A stretch of 64,000 nucleotides of DNA from an uncultured bacterium (GTDB lineage: Bacteria > Patescibacteriota > Patescibacteriia > CAIQCM01): assembly GCA_963708045.1 (NCBI GenBank), contig OY970181.1:195740-259739 (forward strand). The letters are read 5' to 3'. The notes beneath the pieces are model-generated. The model saw only the letters and a list, made by a program, of their open reading frames with translations. It was not told where the DNA came from and ran no database searches. The translations under genes and the position numbers were made by a program. Of this stretch, positions 28,822-38,916 are shown piece by piece (position 1 is the stretch's first letter; every line of letters begins with the position of its first letter).

Positions 28822-29886
28822 ATGGACACCAGCTTACTTATAATCATCTGCGTTCTCGTCGGCGTAATTATTTTTTTGAGTTTGCGCAGTCGTAAATCCG
28901 AAAATGGCGACGAGATCGCGAGCAAACTTGGCGACGTTAGAAAAGAACTTCAAGAAAGAATGGATCGGATTGACGACCAGTTGGACAAAAAACTTCAACA
29001 CTCGCATTCAACGATTCAGGAAAACTTTAAACAGACTTCAAAAATTATTTCCGACGTCACGGAAAAATTAGTTACCTTGGACAATACCAATAAACAGGTT
29101 TTGGATTTTTCTTCACAGTTGCAAAATTTGCAAAACATTTTAAAAAATCCAAAACAGCGCGGGGTACTTGGTGAGTACTGGTTGGAAACACTGCTCGCAA
29201 ACGTTTTGCCAAAAGACGGATACAAAATGCAATACGCAATGGGCGAGGATGAAAAAACCGGTAAGGCGCTAATTGCCGACGCGGTTATTTTTATTCGCGA
29301 TTTAATTATTCCGATTGACGCAAAATTTAGTTTGGAAAACTATAACCGGATGGCGGCAGAAAACGATCTTGCCAAACACGAAGAGTTGGAAAAACAATTT
29401 AAGGCCGACGTTAAAATTCGCATTGATGAAACTTCAAAATACATCCGCCCGGAAAAGGGGACAGCCAATTTTGCCTTTATGTTTATTCCTGCCGAAGGAG
29501 TTTATTACAACCTTTTGAATGCCGAGGTTGGTTCGGGAATTAGCAGCCGCGACTTGGTAAAATATTCCGCCGACAAACACGTGATGATTGTTTCGCCGAC
29601 TTCGTTTTATGCTTACCTGCAAACGGTTTTGCTCGGACTGCGCGAACTACAATTGGAAAAATCAACAACCGAAATTATTAAAAAGGTGGGAGAACTTGGA
29701 AAACACTTTGCGGTTTATTCCGACTATCATAAAAAATTGGGAATGAATTTGGGCACGGTCGTTAATCAATTTAATTTAGCGTCTGGCGAACTGCGCAAGG
29801 TTGGCAAAGATGTTTCAAAAATTTATTCCGGCGAAACCGGCGAAGTCTTGGATACCGAAGTTGTCATAAAGCCGCTTTTGGAATAA
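28822..29886 (+). CDS. rmuC: DNA recombination protein RmuC
   Basis: N-terminal TM + coiled coil, then QRGVLGEYWLETLL and FMFIPAEGVYY. The start is trimmed to MDTSLL so the gene does not overlap the tRNA. Confidence 0.8.
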   Translation: MDTSLLIIICVLVGVIIFLSLRSRKSENGDEIASKLGDVRKELQERMDRIDDQLDKKLQHSHSTIQENFKQTSKIISDVTEKLVTLDNTNKQVLDFSSQLQNLQNILKNPKQRGVLGEYWLETLLANVLPKDGYKMQYAMGEDEKTGKALIADAVIFIRDLIIPIDAKFSLENYNRMAAENDLAKHEELEKQFKADVKIRIDETSKYIRPEKGTANFAFMFIPAEGVYYNLLNAEVGSGISSRDLVKYSADKHVMIVSPTSFYAYLQTVLLGLRELQLEKSTTEIIKKVGELGKHFAVYSDYHKKLGMNLGTVVNQFNLASGELRKVGKDVSKIYSGETGEVLDTEVVIKPLLE

Positions 29887-29912
29887 TAAAAATGGCGGAA
29901 CTTCTAGTCCCC

Positions 29913-30038
29913 GGCGTCATCCCGAAGAGCGGTAGCGATGAGGGAACTCAACGTCTCTAAATCGTCTGCGAGATTCCTCGCCGAGCTGAGCTCGGCCGAG
30001 CCCTAGCCAGATCAACCTCACGGGCTCGGAATGACGGC
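29913..30038. repeat. MITE-like palindromic element, copy B (long form, followed by a T-run)
   Basis: ggcgtcatcccgaagagcggtagcgatgagggaactcaacgtctctaaa...ccgagctgagctcggccgagccctag...ctcggaatgacggc tttttt. Confidence 0.7.
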
Positions 30039-30151
30039 TTTTTTAATAACCTCTTGTGGTAAAAAATGATAGAATGACTAACGTACAAACCCGTCAGGAT
30101 TAGACATTAGTCATTCGTTGTTTTTCCCATAAGCCATTTGCCACAAACTAC

Positions 30152-30658
30152 ATGCCAAACTCTCGTCGCGCTTTTACCTTAATTGAACTCCTTGTCGTGA
30201 TTGCAATCATTGGCTTATTGTCAACGATCGCGGTTGTTAGTTTGAGTTCGGCTCGTTCTCGGGGCAACGCCGCCAAAATGGCGGGCGATCTTCACGCGAT
30301 TAAGGTAGCTTTAGATATATATTTAAATACTAATGATACTTATCCGTGTTTTGATCATTTGTGGAGCGACACTTGGGAATCAACATGGTCAGCGCCAAAT
30401 ATTAAATGGCCAAAAACTCCCTATAATTCTCATTATCATTTTGAAGATAAAGTTGGTTGGGCAACAGACCCCTTCACATACTCAATCAGTTTAGAAAATA
30501 TTCCGCTTCGCGATGCGCAAGCCTTAGACAAACTGATAGACGACAATTCGTTGGGCACGGGCATGGTTCGTCAGACTACAGGCACCGACCCAATACGAGT
30601 TGAGTGGGGCGGAATTGACCAAAACCCTCCAACACCAAATCCTGAAACTTGCCCATAA
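30152..30658 (+). CDS. type IV pilin-like protein (class III signal peptide)
   Basis: MPNSRRAFTLIELLVVIAIIGLLSTIAVVSL is a prepilin N-terminus, with Ala rather than Gly at -1. Confidence 0.75.
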   Translation: MPNSRRAFTLIELLVVIAIIGLLSTIAVVSLSSARSRGNAAKMAGDLHAIKVALDIYLNTNDTYPCFDHLWSDTWESTWSAPNIKWPKTPYNSHYHFEDKVGWATDPFTYSISLENIPLRDAQALDKLIDDNSLGTGMVRQTTGTDPIRVEWGGIDQNPPTPNPETCP

Positions 30659-30698
30659 AATATATCTTTAAAAAACGTGGTTATAAACACAAGCATTA

Positions 30699-31226
30699 AT
30701 GTCTCGTCGCGCTTTTACTTTAATTGAACTCCTGGTTGTCATTGCGATTATTGGCCTTCTTAGCACGATCGCGGTTGTGTCATTGAGTTCAACGCGAGTA
30801 AATGCGCGCAATACGCAGCGCAAAGCCAACCTCGTGCAAATTTCAAAAGCATTGGAATTGTATTATGCCGACAACGGCTCATATCCTGATTCAGGTGGTG
30901 TAGGACATGGCGTTTGTAACTATGCTACTGGTTCCCGCCCGGATACAGGTTCTGGTGCGTGGATTCCTAACTTTTCTAATTACATGACACAATTGCCGCA
31001 CGATCCAAACACGAATCAAACCAATCCGAGTAGCGGCAATGGCACGTGTCAAACGGTGGGGTCATTCAATTGCTATATTTATCAATCAAATGGAATCGAC
31101 TATAAACTTTTGGCCCACTGTACGCCCGAGGGCCCTTTAAGCACGACTGATCCTTTTTACGACCCCCTTCGCCCCACATGGGCTTGGCAAATCACGAACA
31201 ACCCTACCGTCACAAGCGGTTGGTAA
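30699..31226 (+). CDS. type IV pilin-like protein, paralog 2
   Basis: MSRRAFTLIELLVVIAIIGLLSTIAVVSLSSTRVNARNTQRKANL..., with a Cys-containing C-terminal domain. Confidence 0.75.
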   Translation: MSRRAFTLIELLVVIAIIGLLSTIAVVSLSSTRVNARNTQRKANLVQISKALELYYADNGSYPDSGGVGHGVCNYATGSRPDTGSGAWIPNFSNYMTQLPHDPNTNQTNPSSGNGTCQTVGSFNCYIYQSNGIDYKLLAHCTPEGPLSTTDPFYDPLRPTWAWQITNNPTVTSGW

Positions 31227-31229
31227 TTT

Positions 31230-31800
31230 ATGCAAAGAAATGCCTTCACGCTTATTGAACTTCTTGTCGTGATTGCGATCATTGGACTACTTAGCACGAT
31301 CGCGGTAGTTAGTTTGAGCACAACAAGAATGAACGCGCGCAACACGCAGCGCAAAGCAAATCTTGTTCAAGTTTCAAAATCACTAGAACTATATTATTCT
31401 GATTTTGGAAAATATCCAGATACAAGCGGTGCAATGTACGGAAACTGTACCGGCGCCGGCGGTTCAACCCGATGTTGACACTCTTAACGCCAGCCCAACA
31501 AATTGCAATGATATACTTACGCCTTCGTGGATTCCCGGACTTGTGTCCTGTGGTTATATAACCAAACTTCCTCGCGACCCAAATACCGAAAAAAGTAACC
31601 CTAATAGCGCTTCTCTCTCTTGCCAAACAACACCCGCAAGTAATTGTTTTCGTTATCATTCAAACGGGACCGACTACAAACTACTTGCCGTTTGTACACC
31701 CGAAGGGACGCTTAGCGCCTCCGACCCATTCTATGATCCACCAAGACCAACCTACACTTGGCAAATTACGAACAATCTAGGTGTAACAAGTGCTTGGTAG
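31230..31800 (+). pseudogene. type IV pilin-like paralog 3, reading frame interrupted (frameshift near 31465-31490)
   Basis: The N-terminal 82 aa read in frame 1 (MQRNAFTLIELLVVIAIIG...). The C-terminal ~100 aa read in another frame and align with the pilin-2 C-terminus (...DPNTEKSNPNS...CFRYHSNGTDYKLLAVCTPEG...TWQITNN). Confidence 0.55.
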
Positions 31801-31933
31801 ACAAAGTTCTTGAGTAAAAGAAATTGACACAACTAAGCCGATATTGTAATCTTCACTTCTAACTGATATCTATTGATTCGCTCTCAATTCATTAGATACT
31901 AGTCATTAAACATTAGATATTAATTATAAAAAC

Positions 31934-32200
31934 ATGGCTATCAAACACGCCGCCGCAAAGGCGATCCGCAAGTCGGCAAAAAATCACGCCTTTAACATTA
32001 AGACGCGATCGGAATTTAAAAAACTAGTTAAGGAAGCACGCAAGCTCATTACTGCCGGTTCTGCCGACGCCAAAAAAGCCGTCGCCGCCGCCGTCAAATC
32101 TTTGGACAAATCGTCCCGAAAAGGCGTAATTGCAAAAAACACCGCCGCCCGATTAAAATCACGGCTCATGAAGGCGTTGAATAAAATTGCAAAGAAATAA
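31934..32200 (+). CDS. rpsT: 30S ribosomal protein S20
   Basis: 88 aa. MAIKHAAAKAIRKSAKNHAFNIKTRSEFKK... basic helical protein. Divergent from holA, as in many bacteria. Confidence 0.75.
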   Translation: MAIKHAAAKAIRKSAKNHAFNIKTRSEFKKLVKEARKLITAGSADAKKAVAAAVKSLDKSSRKGVIAKNTAARLKSRLMKALNKIAKK

Positions 32201-32337
32201 TTTCTATAAATAAAAACACTCCGAGTATTTCTCGGAGTGTTTTTTAATTTCACCAAAACCCTCACCCCAACTCCGCTTAAGCTCCGCTGGGCAAGCCGGC
32301 CTTCGGCCACCCTCACCCATTTTTGGGAAAGAGTTAT

Positions 32338-33300
32338 TTATCGTCCCGCAAGGACGGCGCGCGCGACAATGAGATCAAGAGCAACGCGCGGTGTTGGAAC
32401 AAGGCCGGATTTTATTTTTCGGTCAGCATCCAAAAGCGCAAAGTGCAAATTTTTTAAAATACTCATTTCAAAACCGCGTGCTTGCGCCAGCGATTTTTTT
32501 ACAGCAAACGGATGCGCGCCGATTTCGTTAGTTGCGGCGTCTGTTCCCAAACCGCGTTCCAAACAATCTTTCGCCTGAATAAGCAAACGTACCGAACGCG
32601 CGAGCATCGCTAAAATCTGCATCGGCTCCACGCCGGCGTTGATTTGATTTTCCAAAAGCTCGGCGGCGCAAGAACTGTTTTTTGTCGCGACCGCGTCCAA
32701 AAATCCAAACATATCTTCTTCGGGTTCGCCGAGCACCATTTCATAAACATCGTTCGCCTCAATCCGCCGTCCTGTTGCATACGCCGCAAGTTTGGCGACT
32801 TCGTTATACGTTCGCGCTGAATCGTTTTTAACAATCTGCGCGAGCGCGGCGACCGCTGGCGCGGAAAAGTCTGCGTTCAAACGCTTGGCTTCGGACAAAA
32901 TAAAGGCGGATGTTTCCAATTCGGTAAGCGGCGAAAATTCCCAATGATATTTGTCGGTAATAAGCAGGGGATAGAGCAGACTTTTTTTGCAGGCCGCCGC
33001 GTCAATTGTTTCATAAAAAACCGCGGTTGTTGACGACGGCATTTTTCCAAGAATATAAACCATCTGTTCTTGCTCGTCTTTGCCGCGACCGAGCATTCCG
33101 CTTATGACAACCATTCGTTTGTTTCCCAAAAACGCCGACGAAAGCATTGCCCGGCTTATTTCTTCAAGCGATGTTTTGCCTGCCTCAAGAATAGCGGTGT
33201 TAAAACCCGTCTTATCTTCGCGATTTCTAAAATTATCAACAATTTCATTTAATTTTTTCCGCGACCGAAACGCGTCCTTACCATAAAGGAAGATGATCAT
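32338..33300 (-). CDS. holA: DNA polymerase III delta subunit
   Basis: The start is trimmed to MIIFLYGKDAFRSRKKLNEI. An all-helical C-terminus matches the delta fold. Adjacent to rpsT. Confidence 0.6.
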   Translation of the reverse strand: MIIFLYGKDAFRSRKKLNEIVDNFRNREDKTGFNTAILEAGKTSLEEISRAMLSSAFLGNKRMVVISGMLGRGKDEQEQMVYILGKMPSSTTAVFYETIDAAACKKSLLYPLLITDKYHWEFSPLTELETSAFILSEAKRLNADFSAPAVAALAQIVKNDSARTYNEVAKLAAYATGRRIEANDVYEMVLGEPEEDMFGFLDAVATKNSSCAAELLENQINAGVEPMQILAMLARSVRLLIQAKDCLERGLGTDAATNEIGAHPFAVKKSLAQARGFEMSILKNLHFALLDADRKIKSGLVPTPRVALDLIVARAVLAGR

Positions 33301-33363
33301 AGGTGTGTGTATTTTAAACAGTCTAACGCGATTACGCAACAATATTGACATTTTGCCAATTTT

Positions 33364-33711
33364 ATGCTATATTTAGTCGTCCGAGTAACCCAGAAACCCA
33401 GGAGTATCCAGATGTATGACCGTTCTTTTTCAGAGTTCGCTCGTCACTACCTCAAGCAAATCGTCGCCTACCTTGTCGTCCTTGCGGGGCTAATCGTCTT
33501 CCGCAACTCCGAGGCGATCGCGGCCTGCGATACTCACATCTTTGTGGGCACGCTTACACTCGGCGTTGTTGCAGTGGCGAATCTCCATAAACTACTTGCA
33601 ACACGATGGTTTGACAGAATCATTGACTCTATCACCGACCGACTCAAGTCCCTATTCAGCGAATACGATCACCGGGAAGCTATGATCGACGAAGCCATTA
33701 ACCGGGGCTAA
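33364..33711 (+). CDS. hypothetical small membrane protein
   Basis: TM helix LKQIVAYLVVLAGLIVF. GC-rich. Followed by the hairpin aagagcc...ggctcttttt. Confidence 0.35.
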   Translation: MLYLVVRVTQKPRSIQMYDRSFSEFARHYLKQIVAYLVVLAGLIVFRNSEAIAACDTHIFVGTLTLGVVAVANLHKLLATRWFDRIIDSITDRLKSLFSEYDHREAMIDEAINRG

Positions 33712-33862
33712 CGAGCGCCGAATTTGCCCAGGGTTCGCCTGAGCAAAACAAAGAGCCAAACACTTCAGGTGCGCGGCTCTTTTTAAATATCAAGATAATA
33801 AAAATTTCAAAACCCACCAGCGGTCGTTAGACATGGTGGGTTTGCGCGGTTTCCTGGGTCGT

Positions 33863-34378
33863 TTACTCTATAAACGTTTGAGTTGTGGAGATAGCCACCC
33901 GGCCTTCATCATCCAAAAAACAACGAAAGTTCCAGTGCGGTGAGTCTGCGTTGATACGGCGACCGGTTTTGTCCAAAAGAACAACCTCAACGTTGGCAGA
34001 CTTCCACTCGCCGCCACCACTCATGCAACTCACTGCGCAGTTGACGCGGACATAGTTCCCCGACGCGATGAGGATCCGAAACACGATCATGCGCTCAAAC
34101 ATAAGCCCGCGCTCAATAGGATTCTTGATAACCATGTCCATCTGCGCCCACAATCCACAAAGGCGGACGTTCGTCGTCGGTTGACAGAGGCACGCCCGCA
34201 CGACTTCGGTTGCGAAACAAACTGCTTTGCCTTGAGAAACCCTGATCTCCTTTTTCGTCCTTTGACACTTCATCGTCATCCTCCCGTCAAGGGATTTGCT
34301 TGGAGTTTTCTCCAAACAGCTACCGTCTCGGTGGCGATTTAGCAAGAAAAAATTCTTACCAAGTCGCCGCCGAGACAA
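33863..34378 (-). CDS. hypothetical Cys-rich protein
   Basis: 171-aa ORF with no family recognised. GC-rich. Lies between holA and polA next to MITE copy C. Confidence 0.35.
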   Translation of the reverse strand: MSRRRLGKNFFLLNRHRDGSCLEKTPSKSLDGRMTMKCQRTKKEIRVSQGKAVCFATEVVRACLCQPTTNVRLCGLWAQMDMVIKNPIERGLMFERMIVFRILIASGNYVRVNCAVSCMSGGGEWKSANVEVVLLDKTGRRINADSPHWNFRCFLDDEGRVAISTTQTFIE

Positions 34379-34479
34379 ATATTTAATGAACGATTTTGAC
34401 CAATAAATATATCATTTTTTGCCAATTTTGTCAATCATCAAAAACCCGCGCCAAGCGCGGGTTTTTCTTTTATTTTAAA

Positions 34480-34585
34480 GCCGTCATTCCGAGCCCATGA
34501 GGTCGGTCTGGCCAAGGCGAGGGATCTCGCAGGCGACTTAGAGACGTTGAGTTCCCTCATCGCTCCCGCTCTTCGGGATGACGCC
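34480..34585. repeat. MITE-like palindromic element, copy C (inverted orientation, short form)
   Basis: gccgtcattccgagcccatgaggtcggtctggccaaggcgagggatctcgcaggcgacttagagacgttgagttccctcatcgctcccgctcttcgggatgacgcc. Confidence 0.7.
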
Positions 34586-34598
34586 CGAGGATTAGACA

Positions 34599-37433
34599 TT
34601 AGATATTCGGTTCATCATGTTTCTCCTCCGCATTCTCCAACTCTCCCCAACTCCGGCCAACGCGAATATCAACTTTAACCGGCACGCGTAATTTAATCGC
34701 GCTTTCCATTTTTTCACGAATAAGCGGAAGAATAATTGCCGCCATCCCGTGCTTTACTTCAAAAACTAATTCGTCGTGAACTTGTAAAATCATTTTCGCG
34801 CCAGCATCAGGTTGAAGCCCCCAGCGCTCGGCGATAATTTTATTAAGTTCAATCATCGCGAGCTTAATTGCGTCAGCGTTGGTTCCTTGAATTGGCGCGT
34901 TTACCGCCATCCGTTCGCCCGCGGCACGAAGGTAGGGGATGTTTGATTTTAATTCCGGCAAATAACGGCGGCGGCCAAAAATTGTTTCAATGTACCCTTG
35001 CGCGTAAGCGAGCGTTTTGGTGTTGTCCAAATATTCGCGCACTTTGGGAAAGGTTAAAAAATATTTTTCAATAAAGGCGCGCGCCTCGGTGCGGGGAATG
35101 CCGGCCGATTCCGCAAGCGCGTTTTCGCCCATACCATAGGCAATGCCAAAGTTGATCGCCTTAGCCGCCGAGCGTTGCTCCTTAGTAACTTTAGGGAGTG
35201 GCACGCCCCAGACTTCGGACGCCGTGCGCCGATGAATATCTTCGCCATTTTGAAAAGCGGCAGTCAGCGCCGGATCTTCCGAAAGGTGCGCGAGGATGCG
35301 CAATTCTATTTGCGAATAGTCGGCAACAATTAACTCGCTCCCGGCGGGCGCAACAAAAGCCTTTCGTATTTCGCGACCAAGCTCGGTTCTAATAGGAATA
35401 TTCTGCAAATTCGGGTCAGACGACGACAAGCGACCGGTGGCCGTAACCGTTTGGTTAAAAGTCGTGTGCACGCGATGCGTGTCTTGCCGCACCAACTTTG
35501 GCAAAGCGTCTACATAGGTAGAAACCAATTTCGCGAGTTCGCGATGTTCCAAAATAAGCGGCACAATTGGGTGGGCGTCTTTTAGTTTTTCCAATTCATC
35601 GGCCGAGGTTGAATAGCGCGAGCCGCCAGCGGTTTTGCGCACCCGGGCGTTTTGCTGAATTTGTAATTTTTCAAACAAAACTTCGGCCAGCTGTTTGGGC
35701 GAATTTACGTTGACTTCGTCGCCGGCGTATTTTTTTATCTCAAGTTCAAGCTCGCCAATCCGCGCCGTGAGTTTAACACTTAGTGTTTCCAAAAATTTTG
35801 AATCCAGATCTACCCCGTGTCGCTCCATTCCAGCAAGGACTGGCGCGAGCGGCAATTCAAACTTTTCTAAAATATGGATCAAATTTTCTTTTTGCAAACG
35901 TTCAGCTAGCTTTGGCGCCACGTCCCAAATCGCTTGCGCTTCGGCCGCATCGTGGGCATAACTGTCCGACGGCATTGGGAGGAGCGAAGCCTGCACCTTA
36001 GGGAGTTCGCGGCTAAGTTCGGAAAACGCGAGCGCTTCTATTTCGTGCGCTCGCGTTCCCGGATTTAAAACATACGACGCAAGCATCGTGTCAAAAACAA
36101 TGCCGCGCACGTCCATTCCGAGCGTGCCAAAAATTTCTATGTCCGTTTTGGCGTTATGGCAAATCTTTTTTGTTTCGTCCGAAGCCAGCCAGCTTGCTAA
36201 TTTTTTTAGATTTTCTTTTGTCGCCGGCACAATGTAAACCAAATCGGTCCAAGCAAAAACAATCGTTTCCAGTTTTCCATCCAAAAAGTAGCCATTATAA
36301 AAAGTCCGCATCGCCACTTTTTCCTGTTCCTTTAATTCTTTAACCAGCTCCACCATTTCGTTGTCTGTGGTGACTATAGAATAACCGCCGCCTTTTTTCC
36401 CTCCCTTAAGGTAAGGGAGGGGAGGGTGGGTTATGAGCGCCGCTTTTTTCTTTAAAGCAGTTTTCAATGCGCCATTGTCACTTTGAGCTTCCTCACTTCC
36501 ATTCAAAATAACGCCAGCCGCCTTTGGGAACGTTTCAACCACCCGCGGCATCAAGCTTTTAAAATCCAAATCCGCGAGCGCGGCAATAAGATCCAAATGA
36601 TCCGGTTCAACCAAACGCGCCGCGTCTAAATCAAAGTCAACGTCCACGTCGGAAACAAGTTTTACCAAACTCTTTGCTTCAAGCGCGTCATTTTTAAATT
36701 CTATTAAATTCGCTTTTTGTTTTTTGGGAATCGTTTTTGCTTTTTCGGAATCGTTTTCAATTTCTTTATACAAATTTTCCAAGGTGCCATAAGCCCCAAG
36801 CAAGGTAGCCGCGCCAACTTCGCCAATGCCGCGCACGCCAGGGATATTGTCACTTGGGTCGCCGCGCAAAGCTTTATAGTCAATCATTTGCTCGGGCTTT
36901 AAACCAAAGCGCGCGATCACTGCCGCCGGGTCGTACATGAGCGTGTCTTTAATCCCTTTTCCCGGCGTGAGCACCGAGGTTGTTTCGTCAATCAGTTGAA
37001 ACGTGTCTTTGTCGCCCGTAAGAATAACGCGCGATAAATTTTTTTTATTTTTTGTTTTAACGCACAGCGTGGCAATAATGTCGTCAGCCTCAAAACCAGC
37101 TTTTGATAAAGTCGGAATTTTTAAAACTTTTAGAATATCTTGCACGATCGGAATTTGCGTATAGAGATCGTCTGGTTTTTTTTCGCGCTGCGCTTTGTAT
37201 TTGGCAAACGCTTTGTGGCGAAAAGTTTGTTCTTTGCGGTCAAAAGCCACGGCAATATATTCTGGGTGTGTGTCTTTAATCGCTTTTAATAATATGGAAA
37301 TAAATCCGTAGACAGCATTAACCACGCGGCCGTCTTTGGTCTGGAGCGGCGGCACGGCATGAAAAGCGCGATGAATAAGCGCGAGCGCGTCAACGATTAA
37401 AAAAACTTCGGTTTTTTGTTGTTTGTCAGTCAT
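34599..37433 (-). CDS. polA: DNA polymerase I
   Basis: 944 aa. 5'-3' exonuclease N-terminus (MTDKQQKTEVFLIVDALALIHRAFHA), Klenow-like polymerase core (...RRAAKAINFGIAYGM..., ...QVHDELVFE...). Confidence 0.9.
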   Translation of the reverse strand: MTDKQQKTEVFLIVDALALIHRAFHAVPPLQTKDGRVVNAVYGFISILLKAIKDTHPEYIAVAFDRKEQTFRHKAFAKYKAQREKKPDDLYTQIPIVQDILKVLKIPTLSKAGFEADDIIATLCVKTKNKKNLSRVILTGDKDTFQLIDETTSVLTPGKGIKDTLMYDPAAVIARFGLKPEQMIDYKALRGDPSDNIPGVRGIGEVGAATLLGAYGTLENLYKEIENDSEKAKTIPKKQKANLIEFKNDALEAKSLVKLVSDVDVDFDLDAARLVEPDHLDLIAALADLDFKSLMPRVVETFPKAAGVILNGSEEAQSDNGALKTALKKKAALITHPPLPYLKGGKKGGGYSIVTTDNEMVELVKELKEQEKVAMRTFYNGYFLDGKLETIVFAWTDLVYIVPATKENLKKLASWLASDETKKICHNAKTDIEIFGTLGMDVRGIVFDTMLASYVLNPGTRAHEIEALAFSELSRELPKVQASLLPMPSDSYAHDAAEAQAIWDVAPKLAERLQKENLIHILEKFELPLAPVLAGMERHGVDLDSKFLETLSVKLTARIGELELEIKKYAGDEVNVNSPKQLAEVLFEKLQIQQNARVRKTAGGSRYSTSADELEKLKDAHPIVPLILEHRELAKLVSTYVDALPKLVRQDTHRVHTTFNQTVTATGRLSSSDPNLQNIPIRTELGREIRKAFVAPAGSELIVADYSQIELRILAHLSEDPALTAAFQNGEDIHRRTASEVWGVPLPKVTKEQRSAAKAINFGIAYGMGENALAESAGIPRTEARAFIEKYFLTFPKVREYLDNTKTLAYAQGYIETIFGRRRYLPELKSNIPYLRAAGERMAVNAPIQGTNADAIKLAMIELNKIIAERWGLQPDAGAKMILQVHDELVFEVKHGMAAIILPLIREKMESAIKLRVPVKVDIRVGRSWGELENAEEKHDEPNI
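36399..36434. repeat. 36-bp palindromic repeat inserted in frame inside polA
   Basis: ccctcccttaaggtaagggaggggagggtgggttat encodes ...THPPLPYLKGGKKGGGYS... in the PolA interdomain region. Near-identical to 5007-5042. Confidence 0.75.
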
Positions 37434-38058
37434 ATTTAAAGCTTACATTATCCCGCCCGGCATTGCGAGCCACCCCTTGAAAAAACTTTAATAATATACT
37501 AAGTTGTTTTAATAAACACTTAAACATAAATATATGGCTACCATTACCGCTATCGCCATTGCCGCTTTTGCCTGGATGCTCACCATTCTGATTCTTTTTT
37601 TACTGTTTTTCCACGAAGTAATTGAAGGTAGCGAGGGCAATATGGCCGTTAGTTTTATGCTACAAGCCGCGGTGCCGGTCGCCGTTTTTTGGTTTATGAC
37701 CCACCGCGTCGCAACGGGTTTTTAACTTTAAAAAAATTAGCGGAATAGAAAAAACGGCCAGAGCACATCTGACCGTGTTTTTCGAGGAGAGCGAGCGGCA
37801 CTCGTATAGATTAGGTGGGTAGGAGTGCGCTTTTAAAAAAGAACAAAGAAGGATTGGAGGCGTCTGACGGTAAGAGCGACATAGGAGGTGAGGGGAGGGA
37901 AAGGTAGGGAAACGCCCCTCTGAACAGTGACCGAACGGTGGTACCATTTTTCGCTCCAAATCGTCAGACGCCATAACCACCATAACACTATTCCTAAAAA
38001 AGCAAAACCCCCAAGCGATGTCGTGTCGCAAGGGGGGTTACGCGAAGAAAGGTACTTA

Positions 38059-38916
38059 CTATTGTGAAATCGTGGCGGGTGTAGTTGGAAAATACCGTAA
38101 AGAGGATCCGCCAATCCAATCACCGGAAATCAGAGAACACAGATCGGAGCAGTCCGACCACAAGAAGTAATTGAACGGGTGTGAATCAATCATTCCTCTT
38201 GTAGAGTCAAATGGGTCAGCTTGGATATTGCTAGTGACTGTTGACCCCGGATGACCGCCAGAAAACGTTGCCCTAAGATCAAACACCTTTGTGGTACCAG
38301 CCGAGATTATAATCATGTTGTCGGCGGTTACGACAATATCCAAAGATCCTGCAGGATTCTTAATCGCGCCCGTCTCAAGGTCAACACCCCACGTTCCGCC
38401 CGGCACACCGATTGATACAGGGTACGTTGGCGATCCGTTCACAAAAAGTCGTGCGTTGCCAATACTACCTACTTCCCAGAACATAGACGTCACCGTGAAC
38501 CGCTTCAAGGCAATATCTCCAGAAGAAGGAGCGCTGACGGAGAATTTGTAGAACGTTTGTTCTCCGTTTATATACTGGCCGGAGGTGGCAATGGTTGCGA
38601 CCATTGGGTGAATCAGATCAATGACCGTGTCGCTATTTGCAACAAACGAATCGGTTGTTGCCTGACTATCAGGGAGAGAAACCGAATCACTTGCAATCAT
38701 AGTGTCCGCAATCACGGACGCGGTGTCGGGCAACTGACGAACGTCAACCGCTATCTGGGTGTCCGCCGGCAGCGTATCTGGCGGCACCGACGCGTCGCGC
38801 GGGTGTATTGGATCAGGATTTTCCGCGCCGCACCTATCCAACAGGTGAAGCAGGCGAACATCGCACCCGGACAAACCGAGCAAACCGAGAACAAGAGCAA
38901 TGGTAACTGTTTTCAT
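38059..38916 (-). CDS. hypothetical lipoprotein
   Basis: The start is trimmed to MKTVTIALVLGLLGLSGC (lipobox). Ser/Thr/Asp-rich, GC-rich. No family recognised. Confidence 0.45.
   Translation of the reverse strand: MKTVTIALVLGLLGLSGCDVRLLHLLDRCGAENPDPIHPRDASVPPDTLPADTQIAVDVRQLPDTASVIADTMIASDSVSLPDSQATTDSFVANSDTVIDLIHPMVATIATSGQYINGEQTFYKFSVSAPSSGDIALKRFTVTSMFWEVGSIGNARLFVNGSPTYPVSIGVPGGTWGVDLETGAIKNPAGSLDIVVTADNMIIISAGTTKVFDLRATFSGGHPGSTVTSNIQADPFDSTRGMIDSHPFNYFLWSDCSDLCSLISGDWIGGSSLRYFPTTPATISQ

Noticed and set aside
37660-38123. Two overlapping minus-strand ORFs (123 and 96 aa)
   Set aside because: The composition is low-complexity and Pro/Leu/Ser-rich. The region forms a long hairpin. They are likely non-coding, so they are reported as a possible structured element instead.
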